Source of the DNA: Podarcis pityusensis
Taxonomy: Eukaryota
DNA: 64,000 nucleotides
NCBI GenBank assembly: GCA_964106645.2
Contig: OZ067044.1
Reading direction: 5' to 3' (one strand)
Shown here: positions 1 to 12,479 of the stretch, in pieces
Layout: each line of letters starts with the position of its first letter
Numbering within the stretch: position 1 is the first letter of the stretch
Translations under genes and position numbers: made by a program
The notes under the pieces: model-generated
Told to the model about the DNA's origin: nothing
Seen by the model: only the letters and a program-made list of their open reading frames with translations
Database searches by the model: none

Positions 1-56
1 AACCCTAGAGTCAGATACAACTGGCCCGTACGGTCAGGGGTACCTTTACCTTTACC
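1..56 (+). mobile_element. 3' end of a Sauria SINE, cut by the window edge
   Basis: ...gagtcagatacaactggcccgtacggtcaggggtacctttacctttacc ends in an (ACCTTT)n tail; same subfamily as 51673-51809. Confidence 0.85.
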
Positions 57-487
57 AGTTACCTTACAGGGGGCGGGTTCTTCTACAGGGCCATAGGTCT
101 CCCTACAGTAGAGGTGGGGAGGCATGTAGGAGACTGGTCCCCTGACGGTTAGCAACAAATAATGATCTTGACTGGGTTATGTTTTGTATATGTTATGAAT
201 TCAGGAACAGGAATCCTCTATGCTTGGCTGATCTGTGACCAATTTACCTCCTAGATTTGCTTGGTAGAATAATAAAATTCTACCATCTTTTCTTTTCATC
301 CAGCTACCAAAAAAATAAAAATATTTTTGTTTTAGATCTTTAGCATATCTTGGCAATTTTGTACCCTAACTGGTATTTATGGCAACCTAATTTAACATAT
401 GCATTTTTTAAATTGAAATTGGTTGGCCTATTAAGCACCCAGGAAAGTTTTACTGGACAGTTAAAGGTTGAAGGACAGAAAGATCAC

Positions 488-679
488 CTCTTCAGGCACA
501 AGTGGTTCAATCATAGGAGCTTCTTCATGTCTTGCAGCAAGCCGGACTGGTGATGTAGAAAGCCTCTTCTCCCATTCATTGGTCCCTGAGGTATCTGCGG
601 AAGTTTCCAAGAATGTCCGTTTCAGCTCACTTATATTGGTCTGGTGTTTCATCAGGTCTTCCTGGTTTTTATCTAGTTC
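488..679 (-). CDS. EPB41L3: EPB41L3 SAB exon (ELDKNQEDLMKHQTNISELKRTFLETS...EWEKRLSTSPVRLAARHEEAPMIEPLVPEE)
   Basis: 192 nt, strong pyrimidine tract, GTGATC donor, phase 0/0. Confidence 0.95.
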
Positions 680-1249
680 CTGAAAAGAAAAAAGAAAAAC
701 AGCATTTTAAAAAATACCTACTTTATCTAAATTGACAAGATATGAAAAAAAAAAAGTCATGTGCGTTAGTCAGCAAAAGAAGCCTTGACAAGATTATGTC
801 TCACAACACTAACACAACACTCTCGGGAAACTGTGGTGTTTCAAAGGATAGTTACATATAAACTCTTAGGACACTTTGCACATAGCATGGTGGCAAACTC
901 ACTCTTGCCGCTCAGGGTACACTTGTGAGGGATCTCTGCAGCCAGTCCCAGCTCCCTGGCAAGTTTACCTCTATTAACAGGCATTTCTACTTTATGTTTT
1001 TACACATATGTGGAAAAGATTTTATAGGCTTACTTCAAAATGCAATGTGTGAAGTGGTCCTAATTCATTAAGCATCAAATATTCTTAGGATGGTCAGATT
1101 TTATACACATTCTACCTGTTAAGAGGTACATCTACATACCCCTGATCTACATATATACAAACACAGTCTTAAACAAAAGTGTAACAGAAAGTCATAATCT
1201 TAGGAGAGAGAGAGGCATTTGGTTTATTAGCAAGTGAAAATACACATCT

Positions 1250-1313
1250 CATGCATCAGAGTGCAGATCCACAGCTTAACCACTATATTCAAATCACAAG
1301 GAGAGTACATGCA
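1250..1313 (-). promoter_or_regulatory. Two UGCAUG (RBFOX) motifs downstream of the SAB cassette exon
   Basis: catgca on the + strand at 1308-1313 and 1250-1255, about 20 and 80 nt into the intron. Confidence 0.65.
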
Positions 1314-1334
1314 CTGGTATATACCAATACCAAC

Positions 1335-1400
1335 CTCTAACATAAGATTACTATGTTTGACATACACATTTTCACCCTTTATGCGCTTAATCAGACTATT
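1335..1400 (-). CDS. EPB41L3: EPB41L3 66-nt SAB cassette exon (NSLIKRIKGENVYVKHSNLMLE), counterpart of protein 4.1R exon 16
   Basis: Phase 0/0, ttttttcag acceptor, GTTGGT donor. The GENVYVKHSNLMLE motif parallels 4.1R GENIYIRHSNLMLE. Confidence 0.9.
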
Positions 1401-1531
1401 CTGAAAAAATTGAAAGAGAAAGGGAAAAGTAAGGGCCATAGTACTGAAAGGATACAAAATGCTGTTCTGGGTAAATTGGTAGAGGAAGTGTACCAACAAT
1501 TAAGCATAAGACAAGCCATTCTTCCACCTAC

Positions 1532-1567
1532 CTGTGCCTTGAGATCACCATCTTCTTCTTGATCAGA
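1532..1567 (-). CDS. EPB41L3: EPB41L3 36-nt exon (SDQEEDGDLKAQ)
   Basis: Phase 0/0, pyrimidine tract plus aacag acceptor, GTAGGT donor. Confidence 0.92.
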
Positions 1568-3266
1568 CTGTTAATATAGGAAAGATTGGGGAAAAATACT
1601 TTACAATAATTATAATAGCTTTTTAAAGTGATTCATATACATTATCTCAATAATCTGGTCCCATAGAACATGGATGTGCACACTGCAGTTTACCTCAGGC
1701 ACTCAAATAAGGAAGTTATGGTTTAAATAACTTGGATAAGTGAATTCCAAAAGTGTATAGTGAATTTTATGGTGCTGATTGGCTTATTTTGTTTTACATT
1801 TGTATTGTTAATTGCAATTTTCATATTGTTTGTACAATGGGATTCTTGAGTGAAGGGTGGACTAGATTGCACTGAAGCAGGTTTTGAATAAACACCAACT
1901 ATTCAGTGAAATGCAAATAAGCTCCTCTCTACCTTCATAGTTTTGGACAGTAAAATTGGATTCATACTTTTATTTAGTATGGGGGTTTTTAAATCTTAAG
2001 ATAACACTGAGGCAGATGGTTCTTTCTGTCTGAACATTCAGAAGAAGGATCGATCAGGCTTCCTAAATTAGGAAGGTATTTAGAAGCTGGAGACTATGGG
2101 CTGAATTCAGACTTCCTGTGAGTGGACTTTCCAGGGGCTGAGGAAGTGTTTCATGTGCCAGAAACAGAAATAAAATCTGAGAGCATTCAGCACAGTAGCC
2201 CCTGTATTATGGAACACTGTCACAGTGGAGTTGAGGCAGGTGTCAACATTGTATGGATTTGGGTGTGCTATGAAAATTCAGCAAAAAAATTAAAGAATGC
2301 TAATTTTATGTGGTTGCTTTAATCTTACCATCACTTTTTTTTTTTTTTGCTACAGAAGGCACTTTTATCAGTATTCAGGTACTGGCACCTCATTCCCCCT
2401 CACCCCAAAAGCACTGATTTTATTTATTATGTATGCTGTTCTGTTTTTTATTTTGCGGTAAATCATTTAGGAGAACTCTGATTATAGGCAATTCACTGTC
2501 TGTATTTGTGTGCAAGCTATATTTCAGAAGCCAAGTAATGTACTATATGAATTAGTTACTTTGCATCAGGTTGCTTTGCTATTGTTTTATTTCTATGTAC
2601 TATGTTTCTTTTATTCTAAAATAATACACAACAAAGCATATTTGAAACATTGAGGTTTTAAAAACACGCCACAGAAAGAAAATGGCCTAGGATGATAGGA
2701 GTAGGCTTCACTCTCAAAAGCTGAAGAATAAAGGGCAGAGAAATGCAATCTTTCCCATGCGAACCCTTTAAGTTTCATATAAGTGAATGTCATTCGCTAA
2801 GGGAAAAAGCTGCCCTCCATGCATGAGACTGACAGGAATCCCATTGTGAAGTTACTGTGTTTCTTGGTGCATAGCATGCAGAGATGCACTGTATCTTACA
2901 GGAGCTATTTCAGTATACAGACTGACTCCACCCCCTCACCTTAGCTCATCATGATCATAGGCATTTTGCTAGTGTTTTATGTATTTGGGCTCCAATATCT
3001 GGATACTACATACATGAATAGCACCCAAGTGCAGCTTTTCTAATTAGTACTTGTGCTTTGAGATGAAAAGCTGCAAATCCTTCATGTATGCAAAATGTGT
3101 GTGGGTATGTATTGTGTATTCATGTACCAGATCCTGAGCCCATATTGTGTTGAAAAAGGTGTTCTATTCCATGAATAACAGGCAAAACAGTGCTAATGTG
3201 CAAGATCTGATGGGAGAAGGTACATGATATACTCTTTGGCAACTATGTGATATCAACTGTACAAAC

Positions 3267-3320
3267 CTCTGTGGCAGTGGTTTCCCCATCAGCTGCAGTA
3301 TCTGTCCTTTCACTGTCAGT
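3267..3320 (-). CDS. EPB41L3: EPB41L3 54-nt exon (TDSERTDTAADGETTATE)
   Basis: Phase 0/0, acag acceptor, GTTTGT donor; peptide matches 4.1B as I recall it. Confidence 0.93.
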
Positions 3321-4579
3321 CTGTTTTGTTATACAAGTAACCAGGTTCCAATGGGTAAGCAGGAATAAAGAACAAACCCAGTTTGTAAGTAAACACAAGC
3401 CAGAGGTTGATTTGCCAAGTCTACATCCCTGTGAACTGCACTTGAGTTGCTTTTCAAATTATAGACACTTTAAAAGAAGCAAAATCAGGGGGAAAAACAG
3501 ACCAGACTCAGAGGAAGGCTCAAGGCATACTGTACAAAGAATATGGCTTTTGATTTAAGACATTATTAGCCAAACAAAATAGTACCAGAAAAAGTATGTA
3601 AGTATAGCTTTTAATTCTACTGAGGAAAGCCAGGTGGCTTTAACAAGAAGTAAAGCTTCCAAAAGCAATTAGTCCAACTACAATGCACAAAAAGTACGTT
3701 TTTAATGAAAAATTAGAAAAATGTTGGTAGTTTATTGAGTTCATATTTGAAAAGGGAAAAAGCAGAAATAAATTTGTTTGTATATATACATATACATAGC
3801 TACTTTAACAGTCACCTGACTTTCAGCCCCTCATTTGTACAGATTTTATTTTCCTCACATATAAAAAAGGGTATAAGGCTGTCTGCATTACCAAAGTGTT
3901 TCAAGAGATGGGTTAAATGTAACAGAATCTGCTATTCTTTCTTTGAGAGAATTGCAATTCTCAACCAACATATGAGATGCTGATACCAATTCTAACACTG
4001 AAAGGACATATTTAAAAATAAAAAAGACAAAAAGACTTTCCATTCCAATTTACAAAACATGACAATTATTTTTTAAAAAATAAAATAATAATGACATTTA
4101 GTAGGTACAAATGATCCAAGTGAAACAAAGCACAGCATTATCCATCCTAATCTACTGGTAACTAAGAATGTATCAAGAACATCTTTGTTATTAGTGCCTG
4201 AAAATGAATTACTACATCCAGGTATTATCAACTTTTAAAAAGTTGATGAGGTATTGGGATGGGGTTAGGGAAATATTTCAGATTTTACAAATAGTGAAAC
4301 TTTTTTTTAAAAAAAATCCTAGATATTTCACACTCTTTAAATTATATTCTTGCTGTGTTAGGATCATCAGATGGGCAACAAAACTGAATTCTGCAAGCCC
4401 TTATGGTTGCAAAGAGGCTTACACAGTATTTCAAAGATTGATGGATAGATACCTGCCACCCACTACTCAGTGGTCTTACTGGCCTTTCTGTGTTCTGAAT
4501 ATATATCTTATAATCATTGCTCTTGTTTATATATCTATTTGGACAAATGGACTGCCGATATTAATATATTTGTAAGTTC

Positions 4580-4865
4580 AGCCCAGACACTGAGGTCCAG
4601 TTCTGAGGGCCTTCTGGCAGTTCCCTCATTGTGAGAAGTGAAGTTACAGGGAACCAGGCAGAGAGCCTTGGAGCACCCGCCCACTAAAACACCCTCCCAT
4701 CAGTTGCCAGAGAGATAAACAATTATACAACCTTCCATAGACATAAGAAGGCAGCCCTGTATCAGGAAGTTTTTAATGTTTAATTGTGTGGGTGTATTCT
4801 GCTGGAATCTGCTCAGAGTGACTGGTGCAACCCAGTCAGATGGATGGGGTACAAGTAATAATTTA
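4580..4865 (+). mobile_element. L2-type LINE 3' fragment
   Basis: gggaaccaggcagagagcc...cccagtcagatggatggggtacaagtaataaa; reverse-complement homologue at about 29300-29605. Confidence 0.7.
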
Positions 4866-5986
4866 ATGGTATTATAAGTTAAGAATGGGAGATTATTTTT
4901 ATAGTTACTGTGACAATATTTTATACTTTTTATATTTGCAAAATAAAACAATATATAAAAGAAAACCAAATTATTTTCATAAAAGGAAAGCTGTATGGTA
5001 GCTCAGCGCAATATAAAGCTTCCATTCTCATCAGGACCGGTTTTGCCAGCTTTACTGGTCACAGACAACACAATGTTGTAATAATATGTTAGATAGTTTC
5101 TGATGGCACCATGCCAGTTGTGTCCAACACTGAGTACAATAAATATTTCAAGGGCTTGAATAATCTGTAAAAAGACCATGTGTGAGCAATGTCAGTCTCC
5201 AAGAAGATATTCTGAAAAAGTAGAAATCCTTCTCACAGCCACTCAATTTGCTGCAGTAAACTGGTAGGCTGTTTGGTTTGATCAGCATGAAGGGTACATG
5301 TTCATGTTCATATATATTCCCTATCTTGTACTGGGCTTGACCTAGACTGGGACACCATCCATGTGTATTTGAAAGGGAAATGCATGCAACAAACAAACAA
5401 AAAGTCACCAACTCAGCACACACATACCCTTAATACTTGAAAAATATTTTTCACCCAGGAAACCATACTGCAAAACAAAAGCATGATTTCCTTTCCTTTC
5501 TGAAGTTAAGCTGGTCCAGGTCTGGTCAATGCCTGAGGCAGTCCACATGGAGGCCACATGTACATCTAATGTCCCATGAATGGTCAAATATAAATAGAAG
5601 TTAGATACAAGTCCAGGAGTCAGCAGCAGGCCTGGATCTAGACCAAGGGAAATTTTTCACTTAAGCAATACCCCGTACATGCTAATGCCTGTGCTGCCTG
5701 GGGCTCAAAGGATGTAGACCAAAATATTTGGTGGACACCATGTTGTGTGAGCCTGTTGTTCAGATCACTTAGCAAGGCAAAGTTCAGTAGTGAGTTTGTG
5801 AATGGCAGAACTAATAGATTTGTGTTACATATTTAGTATGACACTATTCTATAACACTAATTAAAATGATTTGCATATATTAATTGTCACTGGGGTTCAC
5901 ATGAAACCATCTACTCTATTGACAACTTTTTTTAAAAAAAAATCAACTAACCCATTTTATTAAACAAAATAAAATTGAAAGTAACA

Positions 5987-6077
5987 GGCTGCAGTTCTAT
6001 ACACACTTACCTGGAAGTATGTCCCATTGAACTCAGTGGGGCTTACTTCTGAGTAGACATGTACAGGGTTGCACTGA
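5987..6077. repeat. Short (~90 bp) quasi-palindromic interspersed repeat; degraded relatives near 7280, 12320, 29110, 38470 and 39225
   Basis: gctgcagttctatacacacttacctggaagtatgtcccattgaactcagtggggcttacttctgagtagacatgtacagggttgcac is imperfectly self-complementary and recurs in the window. Confidence 0.6.
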
Positions 6078-8328
6078 TAGCGAGTTTTACATGTGTGGGT
6101 TAATTTTAAACTATGAATAATTTAAGTATTTCCTCTGGTGTAAAATACTTACTGTAACTCTATAAAGACTGATTTTGGCTTACTTCTATCAGGGTATGAG
6201 TAACCATATGCTAAGTATGCTGGTGGGCAGGGTCTTAGGAATACTGGTAATTAACCCTGCAGTATAAAGTGCTATTTTCTGCACAGGAAAGCAGAAGCAA
6301 TATCTCTAGAAATGCCTTTCAACTAATTTTAGAGGCAGCGTTCAAAATGGAGATTCTATCCCCTCCAAGTCCTTTACAGCTTTTATCAATTGAAGCAAGA
6401 ATCTGAATGCTAAATTGTATGTCTGTGGATGAAGCACACTCAAGGTATACAAAGCTAACAAGTTGCTAGCTGAGTGAAGAAAGCAAACCAATGCAAAACA
6501 GTAAAATGAAATCTCAAGGGGCCTCAAGAAAAGCAGGTTTCCCCAGGAGCAGGAAGTTGTAAAAGGCTAAGCAGATAATCACTGACCAGCATTAATTTTG
6601 AATGGTACACTATTGTGCTGGAACGAACAGACGGAAATGGCCTTTCCAAAGAAAATGTAAAATAGCTTCAAAATATAGAAAATTCCAGCCACCTGTTTTC
6701 TAACTTGCCATAGTAACTGCTGTGTTTTGTTTTGCTGGTGTAATGCAGACATGCCCAAGTTTGAAATAAAGTAAACTTTCATGCAGTATGTCCAACAAGA
6801 GAAGCACCCTGGATTAGGCACAAGTCTGTATAAATCTATTAAAGAAGTCCTGGCCCTGAGATTATTATAGGGCTGGTTCACATACAATGCCAGAATTTGG
6901 TATCATACATGTGAGCTTAATCCTTGTGAACCCTGACCCCCATCCCACTCTTTTCCTCCCACTGTGCACTTCATGTCAATTATTTACTTTAACTTTGGTG
7001 CAAATCTTTGTTTGTTATAGTATCTGAACTGGCAAAATATAGTTTGCCCTGTCTTCCAAATGAGGATTGATCCTGGTTTGTTGGAGTAACACAACCATAG
7101 TCTTCCAATTCCGATATCCTAGGAAACAATTATTTGGACTAAAGCAGAAGTAGGAAATTGAAGTGGTGGACAAAGGAAGGGGGAGGAAGTGTGCAAACAG
7201 AAGACTAATTAACATAACACCTAACCATGCTTTGACTCTACATCTGAACCAAGCCAGTTTCAAAAACCTTTCATATCCAACCCAATCCTATACACTTTTA
7301 CTTAGAAGTAAGTAATGTTGACTTCATTGGAAATTAACTGACAAGTTAGGTTTGGAATGAACTCTAAAAAACATAATCCTGATGTCACAAATGGAAAAAG
7401 GGGTGTGTTCTGGATTGCAGCCTGATTAACCTAAATATTGTTATATTTCTACTTGGAGAATACAACATATTAATATGATTGTTACTATTAATTGTTATTC
7501 GCAAGGTAATATAAATGGCAAATTCTGTTTAAGATTTTATGCCAGTACAAAAAATGACCAGATCTATAGGCAGAAGATTGTCATCCCTTTTAACTGTAAT
7601 GTCCTTGAAAACAACAATTTATGGATAATTTACTGCCAGTCTAGACTATTTCCTTGCTAAACATACTGGAAAGTGCTCTTCACTGTGATTATAGAAAGCA
7701 TTAATTTTGGCAGTAAGTGAAGCATAGCACATGATACCACAAGATAACTGATAGTTATATTTTCTGTGGGGACTATTTTATTCATTCAGTGGGTCTATTT
7801 AATGAAACACCAGCTGGATTTACAGAAAAGAAGTTCTAATACCCACAATGAAATAACAAACACCTCAAAGATTCAATGTATTTTATTGATGCTGAGAGAC
7901 TGGCTTGGTGTCTTACAAAAATAAAAGGCTACTCAAACAATTCAGACCTAATTTTAATTTTTACCTACTACAAATGTATAGTTGGAATATATAGTGTTCC
8001 TAATTACTTACTCTTGGGTGGCACTGAAACCTGTAAAATAGATTTTGGATGTACAAGTACAAGAGACAGCTAGTTAAAAGTTATTGAGTCTTAGAATAAG
8101 GGTTTTTTTTATATAAAAAAAGTTGATACCACTACTTCATAAATATAGCATTGTGCCTAACCCTGAGGCTCAAACTACACTCAACACAACAAAAATTAAA
8201 AAATTCTGAACATATCAGCACAGACAGAAATGAGGCTCTGAAAGTAGGACCACTATTGCAGCATTCTAACACTCTTTAGGACTGAAGCAATGAACACCAA
8301 AAAGTGTGTTCTGTGCCGAGGTACACAC

Positions 8329-8892
8329 CTCTTCCTCTGAACTGTCACTCAGGTCATTGTCAAGTGAAGCACTCAAGGAGGCCGCCTTGGGCTCCAGGTA
8401 GCAGAGGCACATAGCCAGAGGAAAGGAGAGAGTGAGAGCATATGGCACTGAGAAAGAGGCAGAAAGCAGAAAGAAAAAGATGAAGAGGAAACAAGGCACA
8501 AGGGATGGTGAGCGAATGGGAAGGAAGTGCTGCACACTTTCCGGCAGAAAGTTGGTTTCAGAGAGATTAGGAAAGGATAAGTAGCCATCATCATCCAGGA
8601 GTGTGGGGAATGATTCTGGAAGTTGCAAGGAGAAGGAAAACAATGTCCCGCCTTTACCAGCCTTTTGTTTATAGCTGAAGGCCATATCTTGTTCAACTGA
8701 GCAAACTCTTCCTTTTCTTTCAGAGTCCAGCTCAGACTCGTCAGGCTTTTGAACAGTGTTTTTAGATGACTTGCAATCTAATGGTTTTCGACCACTCTCC
8801 TTACATCTCCTATGGGGCTTTGTTGAAGATGCAAAGGGACCAGATTGTGAGGATGGTGAGGTATGTAATGGATCTGTACCAAGCAAAGGTGG
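8329..8892 (-). CDS. EPB41L3: EPB41L3 large U2 exon (188 aa, PPLLGTD...SDSSEEE), frame-preserving and probably a cassette
   Basis: 564 nt, long pyrimidine tract plus CAG acceptor, GTGTGT donor, phase 0/0. The distal half closely resembles human 4.1B (FSFSLQLPESFP..LDDDGYLSFPNLSET...). Confidence 0.92.
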
Positions 8893-11324
8893 CTGATGAA
8901 AAAGAAGAAAGAGCAGCAAACAAAGTGCAAGAGCAAAAGGACAAAAGAAAATTGTAATTAGTTAATTTCCTCTGTATATAAAAAGTTAATTACATAAGTT
9001 TTAAAAAACCAAATTTATTCCCTGGATTAAATTCCCTTGCCACATGCCATAGCTATTCAAATGAAGGAGAGCAGTCCAATAACACAAATTCGAAGGTCAA
9101 TGTGTCTGTTAACAGTATTAGACATCTCATATTTTAAAATATTCAAATGTACATATTTGGTAGAAACCCAGCTACTACATTTGGTTAATAAACTAGATAT
9201 GTTTAAACATGAAAGCTCAATTGAGATAGTCACACAAACCATGATTTAAAAAAATGGAATTGTGTTATAGACCAGATGTGAGGAACCTTTGGCCCTCCAG
9301 ATTTTCTTAACTGCAACACTCATCAAACCCAGCAAGCATGGGCAATACCCAGGGTTGATAGGAGCTGTAGTAGCAGAACATCTGGAGGGCCAAAGGTTTT
9401 CCATATCTGCTACAAACCTTCATAGTCCTTCATCACCTTGGTACATGCACCAATTCCCTCTTCCATTTCCAGTCTGCTCTAATCCTATTTTACTATAACA
9501 TACCTATTTGCACATCAAAGCAAGTGCCAATTTCCAGGCCATGGTTTACAAACCCACTTCAATCCCATGGTTTGGAGGGTTACCACTACCATATTTTGCC
9601 CAACTTAGTCATTACTTTAAGCTACAGTTAGAAGGAATTGGAAACTAGAACAAGACATTGGCATGAAAGAGAAGCTAATCCTCCCAAACATTCTTTCCAA
9701 GGAATGCTTGGAATTGTTTGGAGGCAGTAAGGATTTGTTAAAGAAAAATTTTCATCACCTGGGAGTCTTTTGAGAAGCTGTTAAAAGTGGGATAAAATTT
9801 ATGTATGTTTCTATAACTGTAGCCAAACTGAGAAAAAGAGGGTGGTATCAGCTTTCTTGGGAGAACTACAAAGGTCCGTAGAAGTCCAAAACATCTTGAG
9901 GGGTGGGGATTTTAAGGGGTGAAATCCCACGTACCCAAACATGCTCAGTAGCTATAGAACACTGAGTGTGTGTTGGGGAAATGGATGAGGGCATGGCTGG
10001 CTGGCACCCTAAGCAGAAGCACACCACACTGCGATGTTTTGTTGCCCATCCCACTTGCTATAAAGAATTTCCATATAAGAAGTACAAAATGTCACCGTAT
10101 ATTACGAAGAAGGAACTACAATGGAAATCAGGTGACATGTAGCTTGTGTATAGATAGTAAGTGTTCTTGGGAAAATACAATGTGTCCCAAACTACCTGTT
10201 CCCTGATAATATACAGGTAATGTGCTGTACATGGAACTGCCTTTCTAGACTATTGGGAAATTTCAATTACTTGAGACAAAAGTGGAGAAATCTTTATCTG
10301 GACCATCTAGAAATGAGTATGGTCCATTTTAAAGATTTCTTTACATATCTTTGCTACCTACCAGAATTTCCAACCAAAAATCAAAATGCTAGTTTTAGGT
10401 CTAGGAATAGGGAGCCTGAAAGACTTCTCCCCTATGAACTTGCCCAGCCACTGATACTACCGGAGACATGACTGTGAAAGCTCTCACATTCTGAGATGGG
10501 TGACTATCAGAGATTATGATAGTAACATCTCAACTATGTAATCTTATCAAAGGATTATGTTCTTGTGAGTTTTTAATGCTTTCTAACAGTTTAGTGACTT
10601 TAAGTCCAGAGGCTTTGGCTTACACAGATTATCTGTCTACAGGTAGAAGTACCCCAACGGTGATGTCTTATTTATCTGGACACTTTCCATTTGTAGTTAC
10701 AACTATACCAGCTGACAAAATTTTCAAATCTATTCTTACACAGCAAGCTTTAGATGAATTGTGTTGATTCCAGGGAATCAAAGATACAAACTGGATAGGT
10801 TCAGCCTGTTAGTGGATGAACTACTGCTGGTAAAACAATGTGAATGCACAGTGCTTTGCTGGATCCAGTCAAAACTCCATGTACTTGTTTTTTACACTCA
10901 CACTGTGTATAAAATTTATGAAAAAAATAAATAACATTGTATTTTCAAATGTGGCCTTCTAGATGGCTTCGAGATGTTCTAAAATATAGTATGATAGCTA
11001 TTCCTAAGTCAATCTGAGTTATCCTTTTACAAAGTGTCCTGCAGCTTTCATAATTTTACCTGCCTTTGCTTTGGTTTAACAATGGAGCTTGTGTAGAACC
11101 CCCCCCCCCTTTTCCTGTTAAGTTGTGCCCTATGGTAATTTACTACACTGACATAAAGTTTTTAAGTATTAAACAAAAATGGTAATCAAATAAAGGATGA
11201 TGAAGAATCTGAGTTAGCATGAGTAAATGTATAACATTAGCAGATTTGGAAGCTAATGCATTAGTGAGATATTAAATGGAGAGGGAGACATAAGATGATA
11301 TCCAATTCAGTGATGCCTAGAAGA

Positions 11325-12300
11325 GTGATTGTTGGCATCCATCTGTCTTGAGAGACAATGGAAGAGTGCGTCTTCAGGGGTAAAGTGAAACTGTTGGAGA
11401 GTTACAGCACCTGCTGTGGCTGTTGAGACCAAAATGGGAGAGACATGTTTTGTTGCAGCTGGGCAGATCTTCAGTCGAGCACCAGGGAGAAGTATATGCC
11501 AAAGAGAGTTGGGGCAAGAACACAGCCCTGTTTTACACTGCTCTTTATAGGAAAGGCGTTTGAGGATGAACCATCATACTGGACAGGCATGCATGTTCTT
11601 GTGGAAGGCTACAATCATCTTGTGGAGCTTAGGTGGGCATCCTATTTTGTTGAGCAATGTGAAGAGTCCTTTTTAACTGACCACCAAGGTCAAAGGCTTT
11701 TGTCAGGTCTATGAAGGAGATGTACAAGGAGGATTTCTGCTCCTGGCATTTCTCCTGCAGCTGGTGCAATGAGAAAAACATGTCAACTGTTGACCTCTGA
11801 GCTCTAAAGCAACATTGTGACTCTGGATAGACTCTGTTGGTGAGAGACTGTAATCTGTTGAGAACTACAGGGGCAAAGATGGTTTCTACAGTATTCAGCA
11901 GGGAGATTCCATGATAGTTCTTACAATCATGGCAGTCACCTTTGTTCTTATAGAGGATCACAATCCTGGGGGTCATGAGAGGTGCATTATGTTGGAAGAA
12001 CTGAGGCTAGCTTTCAGCACTTCTGTTGAGATTCTGTCCTGTCCTGGGGCTTAACCTTATGCCTGAGAGTTGATGGCATTCTTCAGCTCATCAAGGAAGG
12101 GGGGAGCATCCAACTCTCCAAGACAAGCAGAGTCTGAATGCTGTCAATTGCTGTGCCAGAGACCATGTTTTCCTGCGAGTACAGTTCTTGATAGTGCTCT
12201 GGCAATCACTTCATCGGTTTGCTGCAGTCTGTGATGATCTCTATAGACAAGGTTTTTAGCAGTGCAGTTTTCCTGACAATCTAAAGGTTGTCTGCATGCC
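11325..12300 (-). mobile_element. Degraded RTE-clade LINE fragment (RT N-terminal part joined to 3' end, internal deletion)
   Basis: ORF 11629..11976 contains LYKNKGD..NYHGISLL..ESQCCFR..STVDMFFSL.QLQEKC.EQ..LYISFIDLTKAFD, which are non-LTR RT motifs, with frameshifts. Confidence 0.85.
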
Positions 12301-12479
12301 TCAAGTAGACTCACTGAAATCAATGGTCTTAATTTAGCCATGAGTAACTTAAGTCCATTTATTTCAAGGGGGCTGCTCTAAGTACAACTTAATTGGATGC
12401 CATGTATACTGTACATATTTAAGTTATTTAGAGCACAAGAGCAAATTCTATGACAATCATTTGATACAGCATTTTCATA

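Noticed and set aside
6005-6014. acttacctgg resembling the U1 snRNA 5' end
   Set aside because: No further U1 sequence or structure follows; it is part of a short interspersed palindromic repeat.
6587-6641. Possible 55-nt exon (AISVCSFQHNSVPFKINA)
   Set aside because: It has a weak AAG acceptor, shifts the frame, and shows no similarity to 4.1 proteins that I recognise.
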